Positions 9,464 through 20,238 are shown, counted from the stretch's first letter. The stretch: 64,000 bases of DNA from Candidatus Woesearchaeota archaeon (GCA_016211215.1 JACQSR010000014.1:14980-78979); one strand, 5' to 3'. Notes: generated from the letters alone by a model not told the origin. Made by a program: numbers and translations.

Positions 9464-10369
9464 TTACTCCCTGAATTCAACATCATCAACTATGCCGTCA
9501 GAATCCTTGTCGAACCCCTCAACTACTTTTGCCATAATCTTATGGTTGAATTTATTGCCCTGCCTGATTTCCCTGAAATTCTTCAGGAATGCTATTATTG
9601 CAGCCTTTGTGCCGGAATGCCTTTTGCCTGCCACAACAAGAATCTGCTTATCGGGATTGAAAGGTGACTTTGCCTTCACGATAAATCCAATTTCGTCAGA
9701 CTGGTAGGTTTTTCCAGAGACCTTTGAGACCACAGCCGAATCTTCAAACATAACGGGAAGCTTCCTGTTGGCTTTTTCCGATATGGTATTTACCCTCGGG
9801 CCGCCGATGATTATGAGGTTGTTGTCATTGAGGTCCTTCTCGTGCACTTCAGTGTCCAGCTTCACATTAAATTTCGGGACATAGTTCAGGAAAGTCCCGA
9901 GAAACAATGCAAGGTCCATGCCGTAATAGCCGTCTCTTGAGCGCGCCTTTTCAGGGCCGTGGGGGTCGGGGGAGCCCACTACAATCAATGCATTCAGAAT
10001 GCCGTTGTCAATAAAAGGGTAGAAAAAATCCGATTCGTTTGCGAATTTCTGTGTTGCTTCCAATTCCCTGAATTTCACAAAAAAAGAGGGTGAAGCCAAA
10101 GCGTAAATGTTTGCCAGAGAACCCTGATGGGGTTCCTTCCTAAGTATCTTTATTATACCCGCCTTCTCAAGGTTGCGGATATGGTAGTAGACTTTCTGCT
10201 CGTGGACTTTAAGATGCCTTGCAATGTCCTTGGGGTATGAAGGGGTTTTTGAGAGAAAGCTAATTATTTTCTGGGAAAGCTCCGAGCCCAAATGGGACAT
10301 CTCCGATGGCTTCAGCTCTGAAGAGGGAAGCGACATCATGGATGTTCCGTGCCTGTCTGTTATAAACAT
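9464..10369 (-). CDS. winged-HTH (ArsR-like) transcription regulator with C-terminal alpha/beta domain
   Basis: SYPKDIARHLKVHEQKVYYHIRNLEKAG HTH; NLIIIGGPRVN. Confidence 0.8.
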   Translation of the reverse strand: MFITDRHGTSMMSLPSSELKPSEMSHLGSELSQKIISFLSKTPSYPKDIARHLKVHEQKVYYHIRNLEKAGIIKILRKEPHQGSLANIYALASPSFFVKFRELEATQKFANESDFFYPFIDNGILNALIVVGSPDPHGPEKARSRDGYYGMDLALFLGTFLNYVPKFNVKLDTEVHEKDLNDNNLIIIGGPRVNTISEKANRKLPVMFEDSAVVSKVSGKTYQSDEIGFIVKAKSPFNPDKQILVVAGKRHSGTKAAIIAFLKNFREIRQGNKFNHKIMAKVVEGFDKDSDGIVDDVEFRE

Positions 10370-10494
10370 TTTTTTAGGCCCTTTTAAACCGCGGCATTTG
10401 AAATCCCGGTGGGGCTAAGGTTTATAAAACTTTTTATAATAGCTGTACTAACTTTTTAGTAAACCTTATAAAGCGGCCTTTACTGCAGCAGTCC

Positions 10495-12315
10495 ATGTGC
10501 GGCATAATAGGCTACATCGGCCCAAGGGAAGCGGCGAATGTAGGAATAGGCTGCCTGAGGAGGCTTGAGTACAGGGGTTACGACAGCTGCGGGGGAGCCG
10601 TGATACACGACGGCAGGATGGAAATCAGGAAAGGCGCAGGAAAGATAGACGAGATAAACAGGGAACTGAAGCTGGACTCCATGAAGGGGAATATAGGGAT
10701 ATTCCACACGCGCTGGGCAACCCACGGCAATGTCAGCAGGGAAAACGCCCATCCGCACTGCGATGACAATGAAAAATTCAGCATAGTCCACAACGGGATA
10801 ATAGAGAACTACTCTTATCTGAAGGAGCAGCTGGCAAAAAAGGGCCATGCCTTTTCCTCTGAAACCGACACTGAAGTCATAGTGCATTTGATTGCGGATT
10901 ACTACAACGGAAACCTAAAGGATGCGGTGCTGAGGGCGCTGAACGATTTGGAGGGCTCTTATGCAATATGCGTCATATCGTCATACGAGCCGGACGTGAT
11001 TATTGCGGCAAAGAACGAAAGCCAGCTTGTCATAGGGCTGGGAAACGGGGAGAATTTTATAGCCTCAGACATTCCAGCGATACTCTCTGAAACAAAAGAT
11101 TTTATCATAATGGAGAACAGGGAAGTTGCGGTTGTGTCAAGGGATTATGCGGAATTCTGCAATCTTGAGGGAACTGTCATCCAAAAAAAGATTCAGAGAA
11201 CGGAGCTGGACGCTGCCAGCGCTGAAAAGGGGCTGTATGAGCATTTCATGCTAAAAGAGATTCACGAGCAGCCGAGGGCAGTTGAAGACGCCATATCAAA
11301 CCGGATAAGTGAAGGCAGGGTTATACTTGAGGGTGAATTTCCATTATCTGCAAATGATATTAAAAGGATTATTGTAGTTGCATGCGGCACAAGCTGGCAT
11401 GCGGGACTAGTTGGAGAGTTCATGCTCGAGGAGATTGCCAGAATACCAACGGAGGTGGAATATGCCTCTGAATTCAGATACAGGAACCCGGTAATTGAAG
11501 ATGGAACACTGGTGATTGCAATTTCCCAGAGCGGTGAAACTGCAGATACATTGGCGGCATTGAGGGAGGCAAGAAAAAAAGGGGCCAAAATACTAGGGAT
11601 TGTCAATTCTATTGGGAGCTCCATTGCAAGGGAAGCTGATTACGTGCTTTACACGCATGCGGGGCCCGAGATTGGGGTAGCGTCAACAAAGGCATTCACA
11701 TCCCAGCTTGCGGTGCTTTACCTGCTGACCGTTTACATAGGAGATAAGAAAGGTCTTTTGCCGCAGCAACAGGTGCAGAACAGAATCAGGGACATACGAA
11801 AATTGCCGTTGCAGATGCAGAAGGTGCTTGGCAAGAGTGAAGCAATAAGGAAAATTGCCGAGAAATATTCGGGGAAGAACAATGCACTCTACCTTGGGAG
11901 GGGCATTAACTACCCAATTGCACTGGAAGGGGCGCTGAAATTAAAGGAAGTTTCCTACATACACGCTGAAGGGTATCCCGCCGCAGAGATGAAGCACGGC
12001 CCAATCGCATTGATTGATGAGCATATGCCTGTTTTTTTTATTGCAACAAAGGATGAGCGGACATACAGCAAGATTATGGGGAATATTGAGGAGGTAAAAG
12101 CAAGAAACGGGGAAGTGATTGCAATTGCATCGGAAGATGATGAAGATATCGGAAAAAAGGCCCATATCGTGATTAACATACCGAGAAGTTCTTACATTTT
12201 AACGCCGCTGCTTGCAGTTATTCCGCTGCAGCTTCTTGCATACCATACTGCGACACTTCGCGGCTGTGATGTCGACAAGCCCAGGAATCTTGCAAAAGCG
12301 GTGGTGGTGGAATGA
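10495..12315 (+). CDS. glmS: glutamine--fructose-6-phosphate transaminase
   Basis: MCGIIG N-terminus, HTRWATHG, SQSGETADT, C-terminal PRNLAKAVVVE. Confidence 0.98.
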   Translation: MCGIIGYIGPREAANVGIGCLRRLEYRGYDSCGGAVIHDGRMEIRKGAGKIDEINRELKLDSMKGNIGIFHTRWATHGNVSRENAHPHCDDNEKFSIVHNGIIENYSYLKEQLAKKGHAFSSETDTEVIVHLIADYYNGNLKDAVLRALNDLEGSYAICVISSYEPDVIIAAKNESQLVIGLGNGENFIASDIPAILSETKDFIIMENREVAVVSRDYAEFCNLEGTVIQKKIQRTELDAASAEKGLYEHFMLKEIHEQPRAVEDAISNRISEGRVILEGEFPLSANDIKRIIVVACGTSWHAGLVGEFMLEEIARIPTEVEYASEFRYRNPVIEDGTLVIAISQSGETADTLAALREARKKGAKILGIVNSIGSSIAREADYVLYTHAGPEIGVASTKAFTSQLAVLYLLTVYIGDKKGLLPQQQVQNRIRDIRKLPLQMQKVLGKSEAIRKIAEKYSGKNNALYLGRGINYPIALEGALKLKEVSYIHAEGYPAAEMKHGPIALIDEHMPVFFIATKDERTYSKIMGNIEEVKARNGEVIAIASEDDEDIGKKAHIVINIPRSSYILTPLLAVIPLQLLAYHTATLRGCDVDKPRNLAKAVVVE

Positions 12316-12809
12316 TCAGGATTGCGAACATCAAAGATGCCGGGGGGATTGGAAATGTTTTGAAGGAAAGCTATAATATTGAGAGTGCTGAAGAAGGAAA
12401 AGAGGCTTTTTTTGAGGAGATGAAGAAAGGCATTATTTACATTGCTGCAGAAGAAAAGGGAAAGGTAATCGGGATTACAACACTGAAATTCCATGGGCTT
12501 CCAAAGCACGGATTGTGCGAGCTTGACAGGATTGCCGTTCTGCCGGAATACCGCGGAAAAGGTGTTGCCGAGAGTTTGTTTAATGCCCTTATTGGCGAGG
12601 CAAAGAAATGGTTTGAGAAGAGAAATGGAAAATTAAGAAAATTGTTTATTCTGACGCACGCTGAAAATGCACGGGCACAGAAATTCTACGAGAAGATGGG
12701 ATTAAAGCACGAAGCAACGCTAAAAGACCATTACTACAATGGAAAGGACGAGTTTGTGTATTCCCGGTTTGTCAAGAACCACCGGTCAGAGACCGGTGGA
12801 ATGAAGTGA
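12312..12809 (+). CDS. GNAT N-acetyltransferase, C-terminus altered by a family A insertion
   Basis: IAVLPEYRGKGVA, NARAQKFYEKMG. Confidence 0.9.
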   Translation: MIRIANIKDAGGIGNVLKESYNIESAEEGKEAFFEEMKKGIIYIAAEEKGKVIGITTLKFHGLPKHGLCELDRIAVLPEYRGKGVAESLFNALIGEAKKWFEKRNGKLRKLFILTHAENARAQKFYEKMGLKHEATLKDHYYNGKDEFVYSRFVKNHRSETGGMK

Positions 12810-12923
12810 AAGTTCTATCCTACTTGCAAGACCAGTGGTTCTTGAGCATGCTCAGAAATTTTCCTATTGTCTGTTAACATTGGCTTACGCCACCAGTTGT
12901 AAACTGGTGGAAAATTTCTGACA
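12770..12923. mobile_element. structured repeat family A, copy 2 (154 bp)
   Basis: TGTCAAGAACCAC...GTGGTTCTTGAGCATGCTCAGAAATTTTCC...GGAAAATTTCTGACA. Confidence 0.8.
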
Positions 12924-12946
12924 TTTTAGGAACGGAGAAATATCCC

Positions 12947-13522
12947 TTACTTGCATGCGCCGTCTTTGCAGGAGCAGGAAACTTCCCTTTCAACAACCTC
13001 TGAACCTGAGCAGAAGTACTCTATAAGGGTTTTTGGGTCCCTGCACTTCTCAATCTCTGCAAACTCGCCAGCGGCATTTCCCCCGATGAGTATTGACCTT
13101 ACCGGCAGGTTTACCCCGTTATCTGATTCAGAGCATGATGGGTTGCATGCCCCTGCATTGCATCCATTGGCGCATCCAACAAGCTTCTGCAATATCGCTT
13201 CCTTGCCGTCCTTCTCGCCGCAATAGTACTCGAGAACCTTGCTGAGGTGGCAGGAATCTTTTACTGAAATACCGCCAAGTGATGTTTCTCCCTGAATGAA
13301 GATGTTTGTTGCGTCTGAATCGGCGCACTGACGCTCCATTACAACAGCGCCGGTAACTGCCTGATTCGGTGCAGGGACTGGGGCCCCGTTCTGCTTCTCT
13401 ATGGTTACATTGCTTCCGAAAGAAAGAATTGCTATCAACCCTACGACAAGCAGGACTGCGGCGATGGCAGCAACGTTAGTGATTTTCCTGTTGCGCTCCC
13501 TGATTTTCTTTTCCGGGTCCAT
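12947..13522 (-). CDS. membrane-anchored Cys-rich repeat protein
   Basis: N-terminal TM; two CxDSD...D/KC...LxEYxC...C..GAC modules. Confidence 0.75.
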   Translation of the reverse strand: MDPEKKIRERNRKITNVAAIAAVLLVVGLIAILSFGSNVTIEKQNGAPVPAPNQAVTGAVVMERQCADSDATNIFIQGETSLGGISVKDSCHLSKVLEYYCGEKDGKEAILQKLVGCANGCNAGACNPSCSESDNGVNLPVRSILIGGNAAGEFAEIEKCRDPKTLIEYFCSGSEVVEREVSCSCKDGACK

Positions 13523-13567
13523 GGCTTTTTGACATCACATATAGTATATAAAGTTTTCGAGGATTTC

Positions 13568-13729
13568 GGCTCTGTAGAAAGTCTCACTCCGTTCGGGATT
13601 AGCAGCTTCAAATTCCCTGATGCAGTAAGTGATGGCCGACATTTCCCATAAGGAATGCCCTTTGTCAGCTTGATTTTGAGGGCTATTGGAATTTGACTTA
13701 TGCTGCTAACCTACATTTTCTACAGAGCC
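13568..13729. mobile_element. MITE-like structured repeat family B, copy 1
   Basis: TIR GGCTCTGTAGAAA/TTTCTACAGAGCC; inner TTAGCAGC/GCTGCTAA; flanks gaGGATTTC/ccGGATTTC. Confidence 0.8.
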
Positions 13730-13736
13730 CCGGATT

Positions 13737-14525
13737 TCAGAAGAACTGGGCCTCAATCAGGCCTCCAATCAGCACCAAGAACAGGCCTATTGCCAGAAGC
13801 ATCAGTGCGTCAGTGACTATGTGCATGAATTTTCTTGAGAACAATTTTTCCCTGAGAACTGCCTTGGATACAACTCCGCCTACAATTGCAGCGAACAGGT
13901 AGGCTGTCCCCTCTATTACCATGTGGGGGAAGTATGAGAAGTAGGCATGGAACCCTGCGGAAGAGCCTGAGACTATAATCTCACGAGCAGTAAACCCAAA
14001 CGCAATGCCCCAAACAGAGGCATTCCAGACCAGGAACAGCACTGCACCTGCCCCGTAAATGAATGAAAGCAGGAATGCAACAAGGAAAACTATTGAGTTG
14101 TTGATTACAAGGTCGTTAAAGGCGCTGACAGATATGGCTGCCCCAACTATATTTGCCGCCCTAAACTGGGGGAAGAACATGTCACCGATGATTGAAGTGG
14201 GAAATATCAGCCCGATTAGAAGGAAAACCAAGAGGGAGCCGAAGAAAAGGAAAAAGTAAACCTTGATAATGTCATAGTGGTCTTTAAACAGCATCCTCAG
14301 CGAAAACTTCCTTTCCCGTATTTCTATGTTTTCCTCGAGCTGGAGCAGCATACCCAGCGATGGAATTAGGAGAATTGAGATGAATGCTAGGCTCATCAGG
14401 CCGATGTCATTCGGGAATATAAGCCGTGCGCTTGCGATTCCTATAATAGTGTAGATTACTGCGATGTAAAACGCGTGGAATTTTGACTCCACCCATGCAA
14501 CCTTGAAAAACTGCTCGAGAACCAT
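13737..14525 (-). CDS. SpoIIM/DUF95-like membrane protein
   Basis: Multi-TM; INNSIV, WNASVWG, PHMVIEGTAY. Confidence 0.8.
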   Translation of the reverse strand: MVLEQFFKVAWVESKFHAFYIAVIYTIIGIASARLIFPNDIGLMSLAFISILLIPSLGMLLQLEENIEIRERKFSLRMLFKDHYDIIKVYFFLFFGSLLVFLLIGLIFPTSIIGDMFFPQFRAANIVGAAISVSAFNDLVINNSIVFLVAFLLSFIYGAGAVLFLVWNASVWGIAFGFTAREIIVSGSSAGFHAYFSYFPHMVIEGTAYLFAAIVGGVVSKAVLREKLFSRKFMHIVTDALMLLAIGLFLVLIGGLIEAQFF

Positions 14526-15244
14526 TAAACCTTCCTCGCGAAAATGATGAATCCTGAATGGCCTATCTGCTGTGACATGGGGCGGACTTTTCTGTCTTCA
14601 ACTTCCCACTCGCGCTCAAGGATTTCAATGGCCTTAAGGTAAACAAATGCAGGATTTTGCCTTAATGCAGATACAAAGTCCATCACCTGCGGAACTGTGG
14701 GTGAGTAAGAGACAAGAAAACCTCCGGTTTTCAGTGATTTTCCCGCAGGCTCAATGGCTTTCCACGGCTCCGGCAGATCCAATGTGGCTAAATCAATATT
14801 TTTTTCATCAATGCCGAGATATATGTCTTTGTTTTTCAGCTTAAGATTCCTTAATCCGATGGATTCCTTGTTCGAGAGGGCAATCTTGTAAAAATCCCCC
14901 CTTATTTCGTAGGAGGTTACTTCCTTTGCGATGTTGGCAAGCATGAAAGCCAATGCGCCTGAGCCGGTTCCGGCATCAACAACCTTCCAGGACTTGCCGA
15001 TTCCGGTTTCCGCAATTATGATGCCGACATCCTTCCGGGGGATTATTTGGGGAGCGCGGCTTATCTTTCCGAGCAGGTCTATGAAGGATGGCTTTATTAC
15101 TGCCATTTGGGTGCCGGTATTTGTAGACGCAATGCCCCCTTTCTTCATGTCTGCCGATTTTATGAACCCGTACTTTGTATGGTAATCCCTGCTGTCATCC
15201 CTTACGAAGAACTTCTCGCCGTCTTTTTTCAGGAGGATTTTCAT
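14525..15244 (-). CDS. trmI: tRNA (adenine-57/58-N1)-methyltransferase
   Basis: APQIIPRKD, VVDAGTGSGAL, LDLPEPW, IGHSGF. Confidence 0.92.
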   Translation of the reverse strand: MKILLKKDGEKFFVRDDSRDYHTKYGFIKSADMKKGGIASTNTGTQMAVIKPSFIDLLGKISRAPQIIPRKDVGIIIAETGIGKSWKVVDAGTGSGALAFMLANIAKEVTSYEIRGDFYKIALSNKESIGLRNLKLKNKDIYLGIDEKNIDLATLDLPEPWKAIEPAGKSLKTGGFLVSYSPTVPQVMDFVSALRQNPAFVYLKAIEILEREWEVEDRKVRPMSQQIGHSGFIIFARKV

Positions 15245-16488
15245 GATGCCACATGATGTTTTTTTCTCAATACAAGGTACTTGAACATGACCGGCGACAA
15301 TAAAGTGGTAAAAAGTGTCATGAATACTATCGCCGAGAATATTTCCCCCGAGATTATTCCGTGGGAGCGCGCCATTTCAGCAAACACAAGCTCAACTGAG
15401 CCACGGGAATTGAGCGCCCACCCTATTATGAACCCTTCCCCGGTGCTGCCATTTCCAATAATACTTCCAAGTGTCGAGCCGATAAGCTGGCCGCCAAATG
15501 CCGCAACGGTCAGCGCGACTACAAGCAAGGGACTTTCAAGGAAAGATGACAGCTCGACATTAAGGCCGACCCATATGAAAAAGAAAGGCACGAGAAGCCC
15601 GAATGCTGTTGTTTTTATGGCATTTATGGTAATCTGGTGCTCACTCATCTTCAGCTTGAGCTCATTGAACTTTCTTGTGCTCATCCCAAAAAGGGATTTC
15701 TTGCCCTCTTTGTACTCCAGCCTGCCATGGCGCTCCATTGACTTGCTCATGACGAATCCCGCAATCAGCGCACCGATGAGGAACCCGAACCCGAGGTAAT
15801 CTGCCAATACAGAGAAAACCAGTGCAAGGATGACGGACAGCATGAACATGTTTATCTCAAGATTGTTTTTTTCACCGATAACAAGGGCCTTTGGTATGAT
15901 GTACCTGTAAAAAATCAGGATAACCAATGCAAACAGCAGAAGGAACGGCACAAGAAGTAATGGGGATGAGCCGCCTTCCGTCAACGCAACAATAACCGCA
16001 ATCATCAGGATTTCTATGATGTTGTCCACCAGGCCGGCAGAAACAACTATGGTGCCAATCCTTGACTTAAGCATTCCGACTTCCTCAAGTATGTTAACTG
16101 CCATTGCCTCTGCAGTAACTGATATTGAGGCTCCAAGTATGCCTGAAACAAGGTTCGAGAAGCCGAAGAGCTTTCCAACAGCAAACCCCAGGGTGAATGA
16201 AGAGAGGACGTTAAGGATAGTTATCATCACCGAAATCTTTCCGCTTTTGAGCATGTCCCTTAGATTGAGCTCAAAGCCTACGTAGAACATGAGAAACACC
16301 AGGCCGATGTCGGAGAAAGAGGACATCACCAGGGAATTTCCCAAAACTATTTCTCTCAACGGGCTTATCTTGATTGCAATGCCGACTATGATTGGTGCGA
16401 GAACCCGCGGCAGTTTCAGCTTGGAGAACAATTCGGAAAGGACCCAGGAAAGAGACAGGGCGAGCAGTATGATGTAGAGCACATTCAT
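15241..16488 (-). CDS. cation:proton antiporter (CPA2/Kef type)
   Basis: IGLVFLMFYVGFE, LVPFFFIWVG, SRGSVEL; about 12 TM segments. Confidence 0.9.
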   Translation of the reverse strand: MNVLYIILLALSLSWVLSELFSKLKLPRVLAPIIVGIAIKISPLREIVLGNSLVMSSFSDIGLVFLMFYVGFELNLRDMLKSGKISVMITILNVLSSFTLGFAVGKLFGFSNLVSGILGASISVTAEAMAVNILEEVGMLKSRIGTIVVSAGLVDNIIEILMIAVIVALTEGGSSPLLLVPFLLLFALVILIFYRYIIPKALVIGEKNNLEINMFMLSVILALVFSVLADYLGFGFLIGALIAGFVMSKSMERHGRLEYKEGKKSLFGMSTRKFNELKLKMSEHQITINAIKTTAFGLLVPFFFIWVGLNVELSSFLESPLLVVALTVAAFGGQLIGSTLGSIIGNGSTGEGFIIGWALNSRGSVELVFAEMARSHGIISGEIFSAIVFMTLFTTLLSPVMFKYLVLRKKHHVAS

Positions 16489-16535
16489 TTTTATCCCGGC
16501 TTTAATCCCAGGATAACTGTATAAAAAGGTTTGGG

Positions 16536-16556
16536 AATAATGGGCCTGGGAAGATT
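16536..16556 (-). repeat. 21-bp duplication of the tRNA-Arg 3' end (att-like)
   Basis: AATAATGGGCCTGGGAAGATT is identical to 16625..16645. Confidence 0.9.
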
Positions 16557-16562
16557 ACACGC

Positions 16563-16618
16563 AAGGGTTACACCCTACGCACACCCGTACTCAAGTGAGA
16601 CATAAAGTCTCACGGACT
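16563..16618 (+). repeat. tRNA-associated structured repeat family C, copy 1
   Basis: 41/56 ungapped identity to 43364..43419, with compensatory changes in the hairpin. Confidence 0.8.
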
Positions 16619-16629
16619 TAGGAAAATAA

Positions 16630-16733
16630 TGGGCCTGGGAAGATTTGAACTCCCGATCTTCTGCTGTCTGATATCAGGGTTAGCTCCCTGATGTTAGAAG
16701 GCAGACGCCCTATCCAGGCTAGGCTACAGGCCC
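16630..16733 (-). tRNA. tRNA-Arg(TCT) with 29-nt intron at 37/38 (16666..16694)
   Basis: GGGCCTG acceptor stem, TCTGC/GCAGA anticodon stem, TTCAAAT T-loop; intron hairpin ATCAGGG/CCCTGAT with relaxed BHB. Confidence 0.92.
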
Positions 16734-16760
16734 ACATAGAAGAAAGTTGCAAAAGTGTAT

Positions 16761-16901
16761 TTAAATGTTAGTGAAGCCCTGCTGAGATGAAGAGTGCTGC
16801 GTGCAGTTTTTCTTGCCTTCCCAGTATACCCAGCATTCCCCATCGAAGCGCTCCCAGTTAAGGCAGCCGCTGCAGCATTCAGGCGCCTGATTTTTTGTCA
16901 T
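16761..16901 (-). CDS. small Cys/Trp-rich protein (46 aa), putative metal-binding
   Basis: MTKNQAPECCSGCLNWERFDGECWVYWEGKKNCTQH...; TTTTATA box ~25 nt upstream; below the ORF-track cutoff. Confidence 0.65.
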   Translation of the reverse strand: MTKNQAPECCSGCLNWERFDGECWVYWEGKKNCTQHSSSQQGFTNI

Positions 16902-16935
16902 GGTTATAGTGTGTTATGCAGGGGGTATAAAAATT

Positions 16936-18030
16936 TTATGGTAGCCAGCTCTTCTGGTCAGCAAGCTTTTTGGGAAGATAATCCGATATGACAAAATTAA
17001 GCCCGTGCTTCGCCAATGCCTGCTGCTCCGCCCTTACCTTCATCTTTGCCATCTGCTCCAAGGCTTTCTGCCACGGCTTGTAATGCCTGATGAAAGGGTC
17101 GTTTTTGATTAAGTCCTTTATTTTTTTAATGTCAACCTCTTTTAACGGGTGGGTTGGAAGCTGGTAATCAACAATATCCTGGGGAGTAATGCCTATAAAC
17201 TGAGCCTGGGGCACGCAGAAATACTCGTTAATGTGCGCTGCATTTCCCGAACCGGCTTTTAGTGTCCTATAAATGGACCCGAAGCCGTAAGGATCGCCAT
17301 CAGTAAAAACATAAACTGGAATCTTTTTCGTGTCAGCAAGCCTTCTTATGAATCTCCTGCACGCCCTTGTGGGAACTCCGCCCATGGATATCAATATGCA
17401 GTTTGCCTTCTTCCAGTAATTGTGCTTCACAAGCCTCTGGAACATACCTGCAGTCTCAATTGCAAGAATGAATTTTGCATCTGTTTCAAACTTCAGATGT
17501 TCAACTGAAATCGGGATTGAATACGCCCCGGAGCCGAATTTGGTGCAGTCTATCCTAAGCTCCTTTTCTGTATCGCGGTCTTTGTCTATTACAATAAGCT
17601 TTCCCGCTATTTCACCGCCTTTTTCCTCGGGAATGAAACCAATCTGCTCTCGGTTGACCATCATCATTGCCTCTATGTCGTCCATAACTGCGTCTGAATC
17701 CGGCTGTTCGGAGAATCTTGCAGGGCCCCAGTTTTTTGAGATGTAGTAAGCCTCCCTTTTTGAGGCAATGTCATCAGTTTCAACAAGATTTTTTGAGAGG
17801 GACATCATCTTGAGAGTTTGCGCAAATGTCTTGACTGTTCCAGCTGTAAGGGTGCGCTCCTTGGTCTTGCCGAGAAGCTCGAAGTATCCTTCCTTTTCAT
17901 CGTACTTGACGTTGTTCAGGGCACGAAGTGGCATCCTAAGCTCAGGCTGCTTTTTCTTCAGGATTGAGTTGTAGACATTGCCCGCTATGTTCTTTATTTC
18001 ACCGAGCACATCATTCGCTTTCTTCGTCAT
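16936..18030 (-). CDS. top6A: DNA topoisomerase VI subunit A
   Basis: SKREAYY catalytic Tyr region, [23 protein letters not shown]. Confidence 0.97.
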   Translation of the reverse strand: MTKKANDVLGEIKNIAGNVYNSILKKKQPELRMPLRALNNVKYDEKEGYFELLGKTKERTLTAGTVKTFAQTLKMMSLSKNLVETDDIASKREAYYISKNWGPARFSEQPDSDAVMDDIEAMMMVNREQIGFIPEEKGGEIAGKLIVIDKDRDTEKELRIDCTKFGSGAYSIPISVEHLKFETDAKFILAIETAGMFQRLVKHNYWKKANCILISMGGVPTRACRRFIRRLADTKKIPVYVFTDGDPYGFGSIYRTLKAGSGNAAHINEYFCVPQAQFIGITPQDIVDYQLPTHPLKEVDIKKIKDLIKNDPFIRHYKPWQKALEQMAKMKVRAEQQALAKHGLNFVISDYLPKKLADQKSWLP

Positions 18031-19648
18031 TTTCCCCCTTCCCTATTTTTGCAAACTCCTCGTCGTATTCTATGTTCTCCATCTCAACTGACTCGATCTG
18101 GCCGCGCGTCTTTTCCAGAATTTCAGCAAGAAGGCTCTCGACATTCTTCCTTTCGGAGTCTTTTACCTTGAGAAGCTCCTGGAGAGCCTCGCCTATGTAT
18201 GGGATGTAAGTCTCTATGTAGCCGCGCTTTTTGGATTCGTACTGGACCTTTTTCTTTTTTCGTATGTAAATTCCAAGCTGCCTTCCAACTTCCTGCAATG
18301 CAAGCTTGACCTCCTTCAGGATTTCAGGATAATGGGCAATTGCCTCCTTGCTTTCCGAAGTAAATGGAACCCATACGGAGCAGATATGCACGACAATGGA
18401 GCATGGGCCAACGGGAAGTGAACTCTGGCTTTGGCTTAAGCTGTAATTTCTCCAGTCTGTTTGAGTGCCGGCGCGCGTGATTGCGCATGCACCCTGCTGA
18501 TACAACAATGGAACACGGTTTGCAAAGCGAAGGAGCCTAATGGGCGCATCTGCCTCCTGCTGGCCGCCGTATGCTATTCCTGCCTCGATTATGAAAGGAT
18601 TCCCGCGGTAAACTGACGGAGGCCTTGTCACTGTTGCATAGAATTCCGCATTCACTTCTTTCTTGAGGCCTTTTTCAAGCAGCTCGGAGCCGATTGGAGA
18701 AATGCAGTCAGTTGGAGGGGCAATGATTTTAGTTTTTGCAATGCCCTGTATGAATCTTTCGGCCATCTCCCTTGTTATTTCCTTTGGCTTTGTTTCGGGC
18801 GGAATTGCCGAGTTCTGGCAGATTTCCTTTGCCGTGTTATTGCCCACCCTTGAAAACTCGTTCATCAAAAAGCTCTGAAGCGTCCTTGCTTCCGTGAACT
18901 TGAGCATGTCCATGAGAACGCCGAGCTCGACGCCATAAGGATGCGGCTTTATTTCCTCGGCTTTCTTCGGAAGGACTTCGGTTGCCCTTGGAAAAATAAT
19001 CTGCTCCGCTTTGGGGTTGGTGTATATAAGCGTAACATGGGGATTTACAATTGCGGTCTGCTTAAGATACTGGTCTATTGATTGCGGGCCCAAAGAGTAG
19101 GAGCCCTCCAGCTCAAGCTCAATCTTTGTGCCCTGGTCCTTGTTCCATTCAACAACCTCTTCCTTGATGATGTCAGGCCGGTTGTTCTGGATATCTATCT
19201 TCAGTTCATAGTAATTTGCAGGATGCTTTGGGCTGATTCTGGAGATTATTTTTGCCGGCTTTCCGGTTGTAAGCTGGGAGTATAAAACGGATGCAGAAAT
19301 TCCTATGCCCTGCTGTCCTCTTGATTGGCTGAGTTTAAAGAATTTTGAGCCGTATAACAATCTTGCAAAGATGTGCGGAATCTGCTTTTTCACAATTCCG
19401 GGGCCGTTGTCTTCTATGATAACACGGAAGCGGTCATTTCCCATGTCTATGACTTCAACGCTGACTTCCGGAAGTATCATTGCCTCCTCGCAGGCGTCCA
19501 GAGAATTATCTACAGCTTCCTTGATGGTGGTCATCAGGGCCTTTTTCTTGTTGTCAAAACCGAGAAGGTGCCTGTTCCTTGAGAAGAATTCCGCAACACC
19601 AATCTCTTTTTGCTTTTTTGCCAGCTCAACTGCAATTGGCTCAGTCAT
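18011..19648 (-). CDS. top6B: DNA topoisomerase VI subunit B
   Basis: [27 protein letters not shown] (GHKL ATPase). Confidence 0.97.
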   Translation of the reverse strand: MTEPIAVELAKKQKEIGVAEFFSRNRHLLGFDNKKKALMTTIKEAVDNSLDACEEAMILPEVSVEVIDMGNDRFRVIIEDNGPGIVKKQIPHIFARLLYGSKFFKLSQSRGQQGIGISASVLYSQLTTGKPAKIISRISPKHPANYYELKIDIQNNRPDIIKEEVVEWNKDQGTKIELELEGSYSLGPQSIDQYLKQTAIVNPHVTLIYTNPKAEQIIFPRATEVLPKKAEEIKPHPYGVELGVLMDMLKFTEARTLQSFLMNEFSRVGNNTAKEICQNSAIPPETKPKEITREMAERFIQGIAKTKIIAPPTDCISPIGSELLEKGLKKEVNAEFYATVTRPPSVYRGNPFIIEAGIAYGGQQEADAPIRLLRFANRVPLLYQQGACAITRAGTQTDWRNYSLSQSQSSLPVGPCSIVVHICSVWVPFTSESKEAIAHYPEILKEVKLALQEVGRQLGIYIRKKKKVQYESKKRGYIETYIPYIGEALQELLKVKDSERKNVESLLAEILEKTRGQIESVEMENIEYDEEFAKIGKGENDEESE

Positions 19649-20187
19649 AATTTTGAAAACTCCGCTGCCTTAAAGTCTCTCCTCTTCTTTTCAAGCCATT
19701 TATAAACGTTTGCATGCATCGAACCGTTGATTAGAGACTCTATTGCGCGCCTTGCGATTAATGTGTTCTCGGAAAGGCCAATGATGCCGATTGTTTTTCC
19801 GTAGACTGTAATATGGCATTCTGTCAATTCCTCAATTATGGTTCTTGCCTTGCCTTCCTTGCCAATAATACGGCCCTTTATCCTCAAAAGAGAGTTCTTG
19901 CCCTTGACAAAGTCATTCAGGGAAATTGCCTCATAGGCGTAGTCCGGCTTCAGGAGAAGCAATGCTATTTCAGGGTTAAAGCCGCGGCCTACTGCCCTGA
20001 CGACTTCGCGGGATATGAAAAGCCCGAGGGCATCCTCGCCCTTTATGAAAACGTCGCCTTCGTTGGAATCCACTTCGAGACGGGTCCTGGTTGAATCTTC
20101 AATCTCACGCTTAACTTCGCCCTTTTTGCCTATAAGCACAGCAATCCTGTCTCTTGGTATCCTCATCTCGTAAAGAAATTCTGCCAT
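19645..20187 (-). CDS. KH-domain RNA-processing protein (Dim2/PNO1)
   Basis: LIGKKG and [10 protein letters not shown] motifs; lies between rio1 and top6B. Confidence 0.92.
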   Translation of the reverse strand: MAEFLYEMRIPRDRIAVLIGKKGEVKREIEDSTRTRLEVDSNEGDVFIKGEDALGLFISREVVRAVGRGFNPEIALLLLKPDYAYEAISLNDFVKGKNSLLRIKGRIIGKEGKARTIIEELTECHITVYGKTIGIIGLSENTLIARRAIESLINGSMHANVYKWLEKKRRDFKAAEFSKL

Positions 20188-20238
20188 AAAGCCAAGAATT
20201 AGGCGGCGTTTTATAATATTTTGTTTTTTGGAAAAATA

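Noticed and set aside
10370-10494. glmS ribozyme upstream of glmS
   Set aside because: The TTATAAA box lies about 22 nt before the ATG, leaving no room for a leader, and no ribozyme core is visible.
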